This document shows, piece by piece, positions 28,171 to 39,850 of a DNA stretch of 64,000 nt. Numbering within the stretch: position 1 is the first letter of the stretch; every line of letters starts with the position of its first letter. Under the pieces are notes generated by a model. The model worked only from the letters and a program-made list of their open reading frames with translations, ran no database searches and was not told the origin of the DNA. Origin of the DNA: Lama glama (taxonomy: Eukaryota). The position numbers and the translations under genes were made by a program. The stretch lies in NCBI GenBank assembly GCA_028534125.1, contig CM052817.1, positions 75,766,001-75,830,000 on the forward strand, written 5' to 3'.

Positions 28171-29099
28171 TTTTCTTTTTGTATAACTTTGAATTTTTCT
28201 TAAAGTAAAATATTTCAGTTCTCTAAAATCATGCATGTAAATTATGTAGAGGCTGAGAATCTACCTCTACCCTTGGAAAACATTTAAGACAAGGAGATCC
28301 AAATTACTGCTTCTTTTTTGTCAAATTAGGCTAGTTTCCTGTTATTAAGTAGAGAATAAAACACCATCAAGACTGCAGCCCATGCAGAGCACTGATGAGT
28401 CTTCCAAAGATTCTGGGTGAACTCTAATCTATCTGTCCTAGCTAAAGTTTCCAAAAATCACACTGCCAGTTACCACTACCATCTTTTCCGTACTTTTGCT
28501 TTCTTTCTCATGGTTATCTGTGCTTCCTCTGTTCCTAACCAAGCTTCTCCCTATCTCTTCTCTCTAAATTTATTTCACAGTATATTTTGAACTTCCTGTC
28601 TCTTGGTAAAAAATCTTCCTTTCTTAATTTTCTCCCTCTACAGTCCCTTCATCTCATTGTAATATTAGCAGCTAGGTTCTTCCTCTCCTATACTCTCACG
28701 GTAAAGCTATTGTTCTCATATAACCTTTTTGACTAAAATTTGAAAGTTGGTAGTTCAAATGCCCTTGATTAGACCTCTCCTCATCTATGTTTTGTAAAAT
28801 AGTCTTTCTTTAAGATTCATGCCACCAGCTACAGCACCCTTCTTTACCTTCTAATTTATTGTCAGATAAACTGTATTGCAGGATTTGGAGCCTATGTTAT
28901 GCCTCACTCTCTAGTAAAAAACATGTCCACATTTGTGCAGACTTTGAATTCCATATGGAATTTCTAACAATATACAGACACTTAATGACTGATCACTATC
29001 ACATTCATACTGATACTGCCCAATATTCTTTCTCTTAAGTACACCTGTACTCCTTTTAATAACATGAGCCTCTCTCTCATGTTTCTACAATATCTTGCT

Positions 29100-29860
29100 A
29101 CCTTTGCATCCCATCCTTCTTCTTCAGTGATCCCCACATATTTGGCCTTTTGAGAATTTCAGTTCTGAATTGGATATCTGGGTTTATTATTTTTTTTAAT
29201 TTATCTACTCTCCTTTTTTTTTTTTTTTTAATGTCATGTACTTGGCTCCTCCTGCTCTTCTATTTATTTTCTCCACCTTTATTTGTTTTTAGCTTTCCAG
29301 CTAGGCTACCTAGTATATCACTCAAGCACTTTTCATCAAATACTTCACCCATTTTTCTCATTTTACGTTTTCAACTCATCTGGAAAAAATCCAGCCCTGG
29401 GAAATTCCAAACGTGCATTTCTTGGCCGCTCTGAGGCTGCTGTGTACCACCACGCTAAACCATAGAGCCTTAAAGCCTGTTGCCACCATGAAATTTAAAG
29501 AGTTCGACTTCATGTCTGCCTCCAATATTGCAGAACAACCTTCTGTTTTCTTCATCAGCTCTTTCTCATTTTTTCACAATGCTCCTTAAAAAGTTTCCAA
29601 ACACTTTAAACTTCTGACTCTCCAAATTTTTTTCTAACACTCAGCAGATAAACTTGCTTTTCCTTGCTGAGAAAATAGGCACCAATTTCCTGCCAACAGA
29701 CCTACAAATTTATTTCTGTTGGCACTAGTAAATCTACTTTCTGTTGCTGATCTTTCACTCATATGCTAGATGCCTTCCTTCTCCTGGCAATTTAAGGAAT
29801 TATAACTTAATTGTACCATTTCCTTCTTTTAAATTACGACCTCTTGCTAGATAAGCCTGA
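29100..29860 (+). mobile_element. L2 LINE relic (ORF2 region)
   Basis: Pyrimidine-rich; 'ccagccctgggaaattccaaac', 'cactcagcagataaacttgcttttccttgctgagaaaatag'. Confidence 0.6.
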
Positions 29861-29894
29861 GCAGAAACTCAAATTGCTCTCCATTACAACTCAA

Positions 29895-30750
29895 TGCAAT
29901 TCATGCTTCTGGATTAGATTCCAGATTAGGAAAAGAAAAAAAAAAAAAGAAAAAAAAAAGGTCTAAAAGACATTACTGAGACATTTAGAGAAATTTGCGT
30001 ATCTGCTAAATATCTGTTAGTAATATTTCACCATTAATAAATTTCCAGATTCTGTCTTGTCTTTATTTATTCATTTGCTTTTATATTGCAATATCTTTCA
30101 TTTTCTCAGTGGTACAGTGTTGATTTTGATAAAGAATTTGTTGATGCTATGTAGTTTCTCCATGCAGCAGCCAAAATTCAGATATTTGACCCCTAATTCC
30201 GTCTCTGAGGTTAGAAAAGAGCTACCAAGTTTTTCTAAGACTTGTTTCCATATAAAAGAAGGTCTTCATTATCAAAGATGTCACCTCTTTTTTCTTTCTT
30301 CATCTACTTTGTTATTTTGTTTAATTTTCTTTTTGTCTCATGTCATCACCATCTTCATCCCTGTTTAAACTGTAGGTACTAATTTTGGACATACCTCAGG
30401 GTTAGTATTAGCTTATTCATTTAAAAAATATTTACATTTGTATAAATTTTTACTGTAATTTTAAAACCAAATAATCAAAATTTTTACTGTAGCTTTAAAT
30501 TGAGGAATCTACAACTTGTTGAGATTAATTGATTTTCTCAAGATTACATATTTAGGAATCTGCGCCACATGAATTTGATAATTGCAAAGTAGTTATTTAT
30601 GAGAATGTCATCTTTTTCTTAGGCAAAATACACTGAAGTATTTAAAGGTAAAGAGATGCTAATGATTGGTAAATCTAGATGAAGGGTATACAGATATTCT
30701 CAATATTTTTAACATTCCTTTGTATGTCTCATATTATTTAAAAATTAAAT
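29895..30750 (+). mobile_element. Old L1 3'UTR (L1MC4/L1ME3-like) split by a ~516-bp unrelated segment at 30055-30570
   Basis: Left half 'aaaagacattactgagacatt...aaatttccagattctg' and right half 'gaatttgataattg...gagaatgtc...cttaggcaaaatacactgaagtatttaaaggtaaag' are contiguous in the recalled consensus. Confidence 0.65.
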
Positions 30751-30873
30751 CTAGAAAATTAATCATTCTTCACCCCAACTCTCTATCTCTCTCTTCTTCA
30801 TCATGGTCGAACTTAATAGGTTTGTCTGTATTTGTTACTTTACCACTTACTTCCTTCTTACTGTACTTACTTC

Positions 30874-31031
30874 TTTTTTTTTTTTTTACATTTTTTATTG
30901 ATTCATAATCATTTTACAGTGTTGTGTCAAATTCCAGTGTTCAGCACAATTTTTCAGTCATTCATGGACATATACACACTCATTGTCACATTTTTTTCTC
31001 TGTGATTTATCATAATATTTTGTATATATTT
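30874..31031 (-). mobile_element. Young, heavily 5'-truncated L1 3' end with intact poly(A) tail (camelid-type)
   Basis: T14 run then 'acattttttattgattcataatcattttacagtgttgtgtcaaattccagtgttcagcacaatttttcagtcattcatggacatatacacactcattgtcac'. Confidence 0.8.
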
Positions 31032-31243
31032 CTCATTGTCATTTTAATAGATTCCATCCCCAGGAGTCTGTTGAAACTTATCAGTCATTTCCACATTGAT
31101 ATAGATTGTTTTGATTTTTACCTAATCTGCAGGTTGATCATAAGAAGAGATTGGATAAGAAATTGTGAAATGTAAGTTTACAACTTCAGCCACAAGGAAA
31201 CATATTTATTTAATTCTTTGCATAATATGATATAGTTGAAATC

Positions 31244-31586
31244 TGATTTAATCAGGTTTCTCCAGAGAACCAGAACCAATAGGGGAGAATCTCTGGGGTA
31301 GACTGTTAGGCTGCAGACCAAGGAAAAAGTTAATGTTGCAATCTCAAGTCCAAAAGCAGTCTGCAGGCAGAATTCCTTCTTTTTCAAGGTACCACAGTCT
31401 TTCTCTTAAGGCCTTCAACCTAAGGCCAGGATAAGGCCCATCCACATTATGGAGAGAGGGTCGTTTGCTTTACTTAGAGTCTACTGATTGAAATGTTAAT
31501 AACATCTAACAAATATATTCTGGTGCTTGACTAAACATTTGGGCATTAGAGCCTAGCCAAATTGACTCATAAAATTAAACATCATG
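31244..31586 (-). mobile_element. ERVL solo LTR (MLT2-like)
   Basis: 'caggtttctccagagaaccagaaccaatagg', 'ctcttaaggccttcaac', 'agcctagccaaattgactcataaaattaaacatca'. Confidence 0.88.
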
Positions 31587-31996
31587 GATGTTAACTTGTG
31601 TTTCCTATTTTGTATGAAAGTTATTTTCTTTTAGATAGATTTGAATGGATGAGAGACTTCAATACATATTTGTGCGATTATCATACATAGACTCCTGGGG
31701 TTTCTTTTTTGAGTCTGTAACGTGCAGTGTTGGTTAGGCAGACTGATTATTTCTTTATTTGACTAAATTTGTGAGGATTATCATATTTCCAGGATTACCA
31801 GAACACATTATTTTACATCAGAATTCAGACAATGGGGGATGAGCAACTTTTCATTTGCTGGCAGGGGGACGTTATCTGTATTATATAGTTTCAAGTAACA
31901 TTTAAAATAAATCAAATGGAATAACTTTTTCTTCCATTTGATTCCTTTTCATGAAATGAAAAACATCTCATTTGTCTGATTTAAATGCTTTATTCC

Positions 31997-32351
31997 TATG
32001 TTTGTCAGTTTGGGCTGCTATAGCAAAGCACCATAAACTAGGTATCTTATAAACAACAGACATTTATTTTTCATGGTTCTAAAGGCGGGAAGTTCATGAT
32101 CAAGGCATCTGCATGGTTGGGTTCTGCTGAGGTCCCTCTTGCAAGTTGCAGACTGCCATCTTCTCATTTCCTCACAGGGCAGAAAGAGGACTTGAAGCTC
32201 TCTGGGGTCTCTTCTGTGAGAGATCTAATCCCATTCATGAAGGCTGCATTCTCATGACCTAATTACTTCCCAGAGGCCCCACCTCCAATACAATCAATTT
32301 CAACACATGAATTTGGGGGAAGATGGAGGAATAAACCTTCAATTCATAACA
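31997..32351 (-). mobile_element. MaLR solo LTR (MLT1A-like)
   Basis: 'gggctgctatagcaaagcaccataaact', 'taatcccattcatgaagg', 'ctcatgacctaattacttcccagaggccccacctccaatac'. Confidence 0.9.
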
Positions 32352-34794
32352 TATCTTTTGAAGTTTTAATAGGTTACCTGAGATAATGGTTTATATGTAA
32401 AACTTAAACACATTCAAGCTATCTTGCATCTTTTTAGTGTATTTAAATATATGAAATAACATTTTTTTAGACAGGAAAGCAAGAATCTCTTCAACCAGAA
32501 CAATGATAATCTAACAATATATAAGTAATGAATTTACTTGGACAAAATGGAACAATTATAACTAGGTTAAGATCATTTTTGAACTTAGCAGTGTTAAAAA
32601 AAGGAAAATGTATATATAATCCTAAGGAAAGGCTTTAAAATGCACAAAAAATTTATGCTTTCTTTCTCTTTTTATTAACATTTTTATTGCTATATTTGAA
32701 GTATTTAATTTTAGGTGCTGATGCTATATGAGAGGTTAATTGACTCAGACCCTGCACTTAGTGAAATGTCACATAAAGATGGGTGCTAAAACTTTTAGTA
32801 ATAGTTGTTTTCTATGCTACAGTACATTTTCTCTATGTTGCCATTCTTTGAGATGCTTGTGCTAAGTATTTATAGTTTAAACAGCTTGAATGTTTGAGTA
32901 CTGCATACAAAAGTATTGACTCTTCAGTAGGTTTGAAATATAAAATAAATTTAGTGATTCTGTTTATATAACTACAATCTAATACTATTAATTATTATTT
33001 ATGTTTTTTAAATTAATCTTTTTTCTAGCTTTGTTTGATGTTTTTGAATGAATTCAAGGAGATGACTAGTTCTAGTGTCTAGTGTCACACATTAGACTGT
33101 GAAATTGGATGACTGGTATTCATCTATGCAGAAAATATTATTCTAGCATCTACTATGTGATATGATTATGGTAAAACTTACTGCTGTTACTGTAGACAGC
33201 TAAAACTGATGTGATACTCAATTAAAGTTGTTAGTCAAATCAATAAAAGCATCACAGAAACACTTCCAATTGTTGCTCAGATAAGTATTTAATTTGCATG
33301 TAAATAGTTAGTGTTAGTTAATTAAATGTCAGTAGGTTCTTCAAGATAAATTATTGATATTTCTCTGTAGTTAACTCAGAAACATGTTGTAAGAATTTTG
33401 GAAGAGTTTTGTTTAGACATTATGTCAAGTGATCTAGTCAACACAAATAACTATTTCTGATTTAGCTAACAGTGATCCCAAAATGGCTCCTTGGGTACTT
33501 AATTTTAATCAAATGCTTAACAGAATGTAATTTTATAATTGTGCAAACTAGTGGCGTATGGTATAGTATTTAAATCAATAATAATATCTCTATTTTATTG
33601 CCTAAATAATGCAATATCCATTGATAATTTAAAAATATTTATTATATGCCCAAAAGAATAGATTTACTATTTTTCTAGTGGCATTTTTGAGTTAATAAAC
33701 ATTATGTTTTCAAAAATACTAACAGTTTCCAATTCATAAGGAGGTAAAATATTCATTGTCTACTTGAGTGGCCTAGACAGAAATCCTAAGAATACAAATC
33801 AATGTTAGAGAATTTAAAATTTTGAAAACCAATCATCTCCAGTATTGTTCGGTTTTCTGAATATGCTCACCCTGTGTACATTGATCTTGAAATCCTTAAT
33901 TGTAATAATATTAGGATATCAATTCATAGTTATATTAAAAGTTAAGATTTGCTAAGAAGATGAAGATGTGAAGTTTACTGGTCTAGTATAATTGTAAACC
34001 ACATCTTATGAATTTTCATAGTACTTGTATCTGCTTCTGTTAAGAAAACTCATTTTTTCCATTTCATCACTTATATCTTGATTAGTTTTGGTGATCAGTC
34101 AATGTCTATAGCTTGAAAGAATGAGTGAAATCTCCTTTTTCTCTTCCAAACTTAAGTAGTTCTGAGTATTTCTTTGGGGACAAAGCTTTTAGATACCTAA
34201 TTTTTGCCTCATGGTATCATTACTTCAGTCATTTAACAAATATTCATTGAATGCAATTATGGCAAAAGTCTGCTGTGGCATCTGTTTGAAATTGAAATTC
34301 ATGAATGCCCACATTTGTAAATATTGAACAAAACAATAAAAATAAATGAATAAATAGATAGACAGATAAATATTATAACCCTGTCTATAGGACAGAAAAA
34401 TAAAAATACATTTTAAAATTCTTGTCCTCTCTATTGCATTTTTCTCTGCTTTATATATGTAGATAGTTAGGCATATATGCATGCACGTATGTATTTAGTA
34501 AGGCAGACGTTTCACTGAGTGGGTCAAGAGTGTTTATAACCTCAGAAGTACAAATTCCAACATTTTGTTACATTTGTTTTGTAACAGTAATAAAAGCCCC
34601 AATAGTTCTAGGCATGGAGGGGGCAAATGCAGTTGCTAATAAAAATTTTACATTGGAAACTGCTTTGAGGTATTTTCATCTTTAACACTTTTTCAATAAT
34701 TATGGGAGGTAGCTAATATACATAAGTTTCTATGAAGTATACTACAAGTAATAAAAAAAGATAAAAGTGATGGGATTTCTGAGACTTGCATATA

Positions 34795-34893
34795 TGCGTC
34801 TGTGTGTGAGTGTGTATTAACAAATACGTGAAAGTGTTTGTTAGTGTGTCTGAGTTTGTGTGTATGAGGGTGTATGCGTGTCTGTGTGTGTGT
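34795..34893. repeat. Degenerate (TG)n low-complexity tract
   Basis: Interrupted TG repeats read directly. Confidence 0.7.
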
Positions 34894-36019
34894 TTAAGGG
34901 GGAGTTGTTCATAGTGAGTGACTCTGGACAAGTTACCTACCCTTTTTAGTAGAGTGAGCCATCAATTACATGCAAATTGATCTTTGTATGGAGGACAGTA
35001 TGGTAACACTGTTGAAATTAAGTTAATAAGTAATTATGAGGAGAAAAACTTGTTCTTTTAAACTTAAGGAGATACAAGAGAGGTCAGAATTTAATAGAAG
35101 GTTAGGTTTTTGCAGAGATGCTTAAAGCACCCTGTTTTTGTTTTCTTTTTGTTTGTTTTCTTTGTCTCATAGCAGGTTGTTTTCCATTCTCCCAGGATTA
35201 TAATGGGTTTGCTTTCCCTAAACACCTTTTGGCTCTACTTCCCTAGCCATACCCTCACCAACTGCTAAAGAAAAATATAACTTGCTTTAAGCGTACAGAA
35301 ACCAGGTTGTTGGTAAATTGCTGATGCTGACTTCAGGACAGAAAACTCAGTATGCCACCAAGAAGTAATGCCCTCTAATCTTTTTATAGGCAACAAATGA
35401 GTAATGTGGATATAAAAACCATGGTGAAAATAATTACAAAAATATTGTTTTCATAGAAACCAAAGTGTCTGGGGATCTGAATGCTTTTGGACACTTATAT
35501 GGGAATAACTGTTTTCATAAATATTCCTGGAATACTTCAGGCAAACTTTTTAAAATCCTTTTTACCTATGCCCAGACAGCCACTCCTATTCAGAAAATAT
35601 TTTAACTTCTCAGAAGGAATTCAGAAAGACAGATAATCCTGAAATAAACTCCTTAATAACAGAGAAGGTCAGGAGAAGAGAAGTTAACAAAAGTCAACTG
35701 GTTTGGGAAATCATAGAAAATATAGCTCTAATTATTATTATTGCTGGGTTTCTGCGACTTTGCTTTATAAGAAGGATCGATCATTTGAAAAGATAGGTCA
35801 GTAGAGCCATAGCCAAACTTTCTTCCTTAGAAATATTTTCCCTTCCTAGTTTTTTTTTTCTTCTAGATAATAGAATTGAAAGCAAATGTTTGCAGAATGT
35901 TCACAGAGTGAATAAATTTAGTGCAAAAAATAAAAAAAAAACAATTGTTTGAAATCAAGCAACCAAAGCAGTTAATTTACCTAATTTCAATTTCTCCAGA
36001 GGACTGGATGTAACAAAAG

Positions 36020-36912
36020 CAACATGGTGAAATTAAAAGCTACGTTTGTCTCTCCCTTTCAATCTACAACCAGTAAAACATGCATAATGCAGCATAGGTG
36101 CCTTTGCCCACCATGCTAGGATTCTGGAGAACTCCACACATCTGTACATCTGAAGGTGGATGGACTGGAATTCATAGAGGAGGCAGAACAGAGGAAACAG
36201 CAGATGTGGTGCTTGCAGTCTCAGCTCCCAGGCTGCAGCAGTGGGGCCCACGGCTCCAGAAAACCCAGCAGTAGCAGGGGAGGAGGTGCACATAACTCTA
36301 GCCTCCTGGCCACAGTGGCACCTGGGCAGCAGTGGCAGTGGGGCCTGGGGCTCCATCTCTCCAGATGCTAAGGTACTCATGACTCTGTTCCCAGGCTCCT
36401 GCATCCGCAGTGGCATAGCCCACCAGCCTTATAACACTGAACATAGCAGAGGCACCCTCACAGCCCTGGATCCTCACTTCCTTCCCCCACCATGAGTCAT
36501 GGGAGCCTATGACTCAGGAGCTCCCAGACTCCAGGGAAGAGCCATCCCCCACCTCCCCTCATCGCAGCAATATTAGCAACACTGGCAGAGGCCAGGCACC
36601 AAAGACTCCAGAGGCACAAGAAGTGATAATGGGGGCATAGGGTCACATCTCTGACAGATGAAGTAGAGGGTGGGAAAAACAGCCTCTCAAATACACCAAA
36701 AGGCAGCTCAAGGTAAGAGAAAACAAATACTTGTGCTATATCGTCACCTCCTAGACAACAAAAAAAGTCTCTAAATTCTAACCTGTTAAATCTTAGAATC
36801 AAACAGGTGTTTGCTTCTTTAAATATAACAACAGAGGAACAACTCATCAAAACATGAAGAACCACATTAACACTGTACCACAAAAAGAAAATGATAGATC
36901 TCCAGAAACTAA
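36020..36912 (+). mobile_element. L1 5'UTR and first codons of ORF1 (3'-truncated)
   Basis: GC-rich 5'UTR with 'ggcagcagtggcag' motifs, then 'atgaagaaccacattaacactgtaccacaaaaagaaaatgatagatctccagaaact' (MKNH...PQKENDRSPET), an L1 ORF1 start. Confidence 0.8.
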
Positions 36913-36984
36913 GAAATCAAGTGAAAAGTATGTTTTCAATTGATTATTCTATACTACTTCCCAAAAAATGTTTTTTCCAACTTA

Positions 36985-39760
36985 CTTTATATTATTATTA
37001 TTTTGTTATTTTAATTGAGGTATAGTTGATTTACAATATATTAGTTTCAGGTATACAACATAATGATTTAAAATTTTTATAGATTATATTGCATGAAAAA
37101 TTATTATAAATATTGGCTATTTCTCTTTGCTATACAATTTATCATTGTAGCTTATTTATTTCATGCAGAGTAGTTTGCACCTCTTAATCCCTACCCCTGT
37201 CTCACCCCTCCCTCCATTGCTTTTCCCACTGATAACTGCTAGTCTGTTCTCTGTATCTGTTTCTTTTTTGTTACATTCATTTCTTTGTTTTATTTTTCAG
37301 ATTTCACTTATAAATAATAATAAATGGTAGTTGGCTTTCTCTGTCTGACTTATTTCACTAAGTGTAATTTTCTCTAGGTCTATCCACGTTGATGCAGATG
37401 GCAGGATTTCATTCTTTTTTATGGCCAAGTAATAGTTCACTGTAAATATATATATATATATATACATATTCATTATCCATTCATATGTTAATAGATGCTT
37501 AATTTGCTTCTGTATCTTAGCTACTGTAAACAGTGCTGCAGTGAACACTGGGATGCATGTATCTTTTTGAATTAGGGTTTTCATATTTTCCAGAGTGGAG
37601 TTGGTAGATAAATGTGGTAATTCTAATTGTACCTTACTGAGGAAATTCCATACAGTTTTTCATAGTGGTTGCACCAATTTACATTCCCACCAACAGTGTA
37701 AAAGTGTTCATTTTACTACACATCCTTGCCAATATTTATTTGTGGTCTTTTTGATGATAGCCTTTCTCACAGATGTGAGGTGATATCTCATGGAGGTTTT
37801 GATTTGCATTACTCTGATGCCTATTGGCCATCTATATGCCTTTATTGGAACATCTAGTCAGATCTTATGCCAATTTTTTATTTAGGTTTTGCGTTTTTTT
37901 ATATTGAGTTGTATGTGTTGTTTGTATATTTTGGATTTTAACCCCTTATTGGTCATATCATTTGCAAATATTCTTTCCCATTTTGTAGGCTGCCTTGTCA
38001 TTTTCTCATTGGTACACTGTACTGTGCAAAAGCCAGGTCCCATTTGTTTGTTTTTTCTTTTGTTTCCCTTGCCTTAGGAGACAGACCCAAAAAAAAAAAA
38101 ATTGCTATGATTTGTGTCAAAAAGTATTCTGCCTATGTTTTCATTTAGGAGTTTTATGGTTTCCAGTCTTATACTTAGGTCTTTAATCCATTTTGAGTTT
38201 ATTTTTGTATATGGTGTGGGAAAATGTTATAATTTCATTTTTTTTACATGTAACTGTCTAGTTTTCCCAGCACCTCTTATTAAAGAGATTGTCTTATCCC
38301 CATTGTATATGTTTGCCTCCTTTGTTGTAGATTAGTTGACCATGAGTACTTGGGTTTATATCTGGGTTCTCTATTCTGTTTCATTGACTTATGTGTTTTT
38401 ATGCCAGTACTGTACTGTTTTGATTACTTTAACTTTGTAGTCTAAAGTCAGGGTGAATGATAACTTCATTTCTGTCCTTCTTTCTCAAGATTGAGAAATG
38501 GTTTTGGCAACTCAGGATCTTTTGTGTTTCCATATAAATTTTAAAATTATTTGTTCTATTTTTGTGGAAAAGCATTCGTATTTTTAGGGATTTCACTGTA
38601 TAGGTTGCATTGGGTAGTATGTTCATTTTAACAATATTAATTCTTTCAATCTATGAACACATTACAGTACAACTTTCCATCTGTTAGGTCATCTTCAATT
38701 TCTATCATCAGTGTCTCACAGTTTTCCAAGTATAGTCCTTTTACCTCCTTATCTAGATTTATTCCTAGGTATTTTATTATTTTTAATGGACTTAAACATG
38801 TGAGAGTTTTCTTAATTTCTCTAATAGTTTGTTGTTGTTAGCATATAGAAACACAACAGATTTCTACATGTTAATTTTGTATCCTGCAATTTTACTGAAT
38901 TCATTTATAAGTTTTAATAGTTTTTGGTGGCATCTTTAGAATTTCCTGTGTATAGTATCATATAATCTGCAAGCTGTGACAGTTGACAGGTTTACTTCCT
39001 CCTTTCCAGTTGGATTCCTTTAATGTCCTTTTTTGTCTGATTGCTTTGGCTAGGACCTCCCAATATTATGTTGAATAAAGGAGGTAAGAGTGGGCATCTT
39101 TTTCTTACTCCTGATCTTAGAGGAAATGCTTTTAGCTTTTCATCTTTGAGTGTGATGATAACTGTGGGCTTATTGGTTTTCTTTCTTGATGATCTGTCTG
39201 TTGATGTAAGCACTATAGTCCCCTAGTATTATTACGTTACTTCTAATTTCTTTGCTTATGTCTGTTAGTAGTATTTGCTTTATGCATGTAGGTGCTCCTA
39301 TGTTGGGTGCATGCACATTTATAATTTCTATATCTTCTCCTTGGATTGATGCCTTTTCCATTATGTAATATTCCTCTTTGTCTCTTGTTTTAATATCTAT
39401 TCCTTTGTTCTAATATCTTTGTTTTAATGTCTGTTTTCTCTTATAGAAGTATTGCTACGCCAGCTTTTTTGAAATTTCTATTTTCATGGAATACCTTTTT
39501 CTATACTTTAACTTTTATTTTATATGTGTCTTTAGATCTGAAGTGAGACTTTTCTAGGTAATGTATAATGGGTCTTGTTTTTATATCCATTCAGCCACTC
39601 TATACATTTTGACTGTAGCATTTATATTTAGTCCGTGTACATTTAAAGTAATTATTGATAGGTATGTACTGTTTGGGCATTTTGTTGACTGTGTTAGGGT
39701 GGTTTTTGTAGTTCTTTTTTGTTTCTTTTTGTTTCTTTTGCTCTCTTCTATTGTGATTTA
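36985..39760 (-). mobile_element. LINE-1 (ORF2 start to 3'UTR/poly-A) with an internal deletion fusing EN to RT at ~39168
   Basis: 3'UTR 'ttaattgaggtatagttgatttacaat'. ORF 37297..37584 is the ORF2 C-terminus ('KTLIQKDTCIPVFTAALFTVAK'). ORF 38992..39213 is the EN/RT fusion. ORF 39170..39361 is EN ('INVHAPNIGAP'). Confidence 0.93.
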
Positions 39761-39767
39761 ATTGCTA

Positions 39768-39850
39768 GGAACTTCTCTGTGTGGAAAAGAAAGGCTACAA
39801 CTTAGAAATATGTAAATTACAAAAAGAAAAATCCATTGTTAATGGTCAAT
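39768..39850 (+). mobile_element. Short L1 ORF1-end/inter-ORF fragment in opposite orientation to the adjacent L1
   Basis: 'gaacttctctgtgtggaaaagaaaggctacaacttagaaatatgtaaattacaaaaagaaaaatccattgttaatgg' resembles the start of the L1 inter-ORF region (compare 12105-12185). Confidence 0.65.

Noticed and set aside
36033..36883. Overlapping 127/128-aa ORFs and apparent GC-rich island
   Set aside because: These are the L1 5'UTR read in several frames; CpGs are decayed to TG/CA, so it is not a gene promoter CpG island
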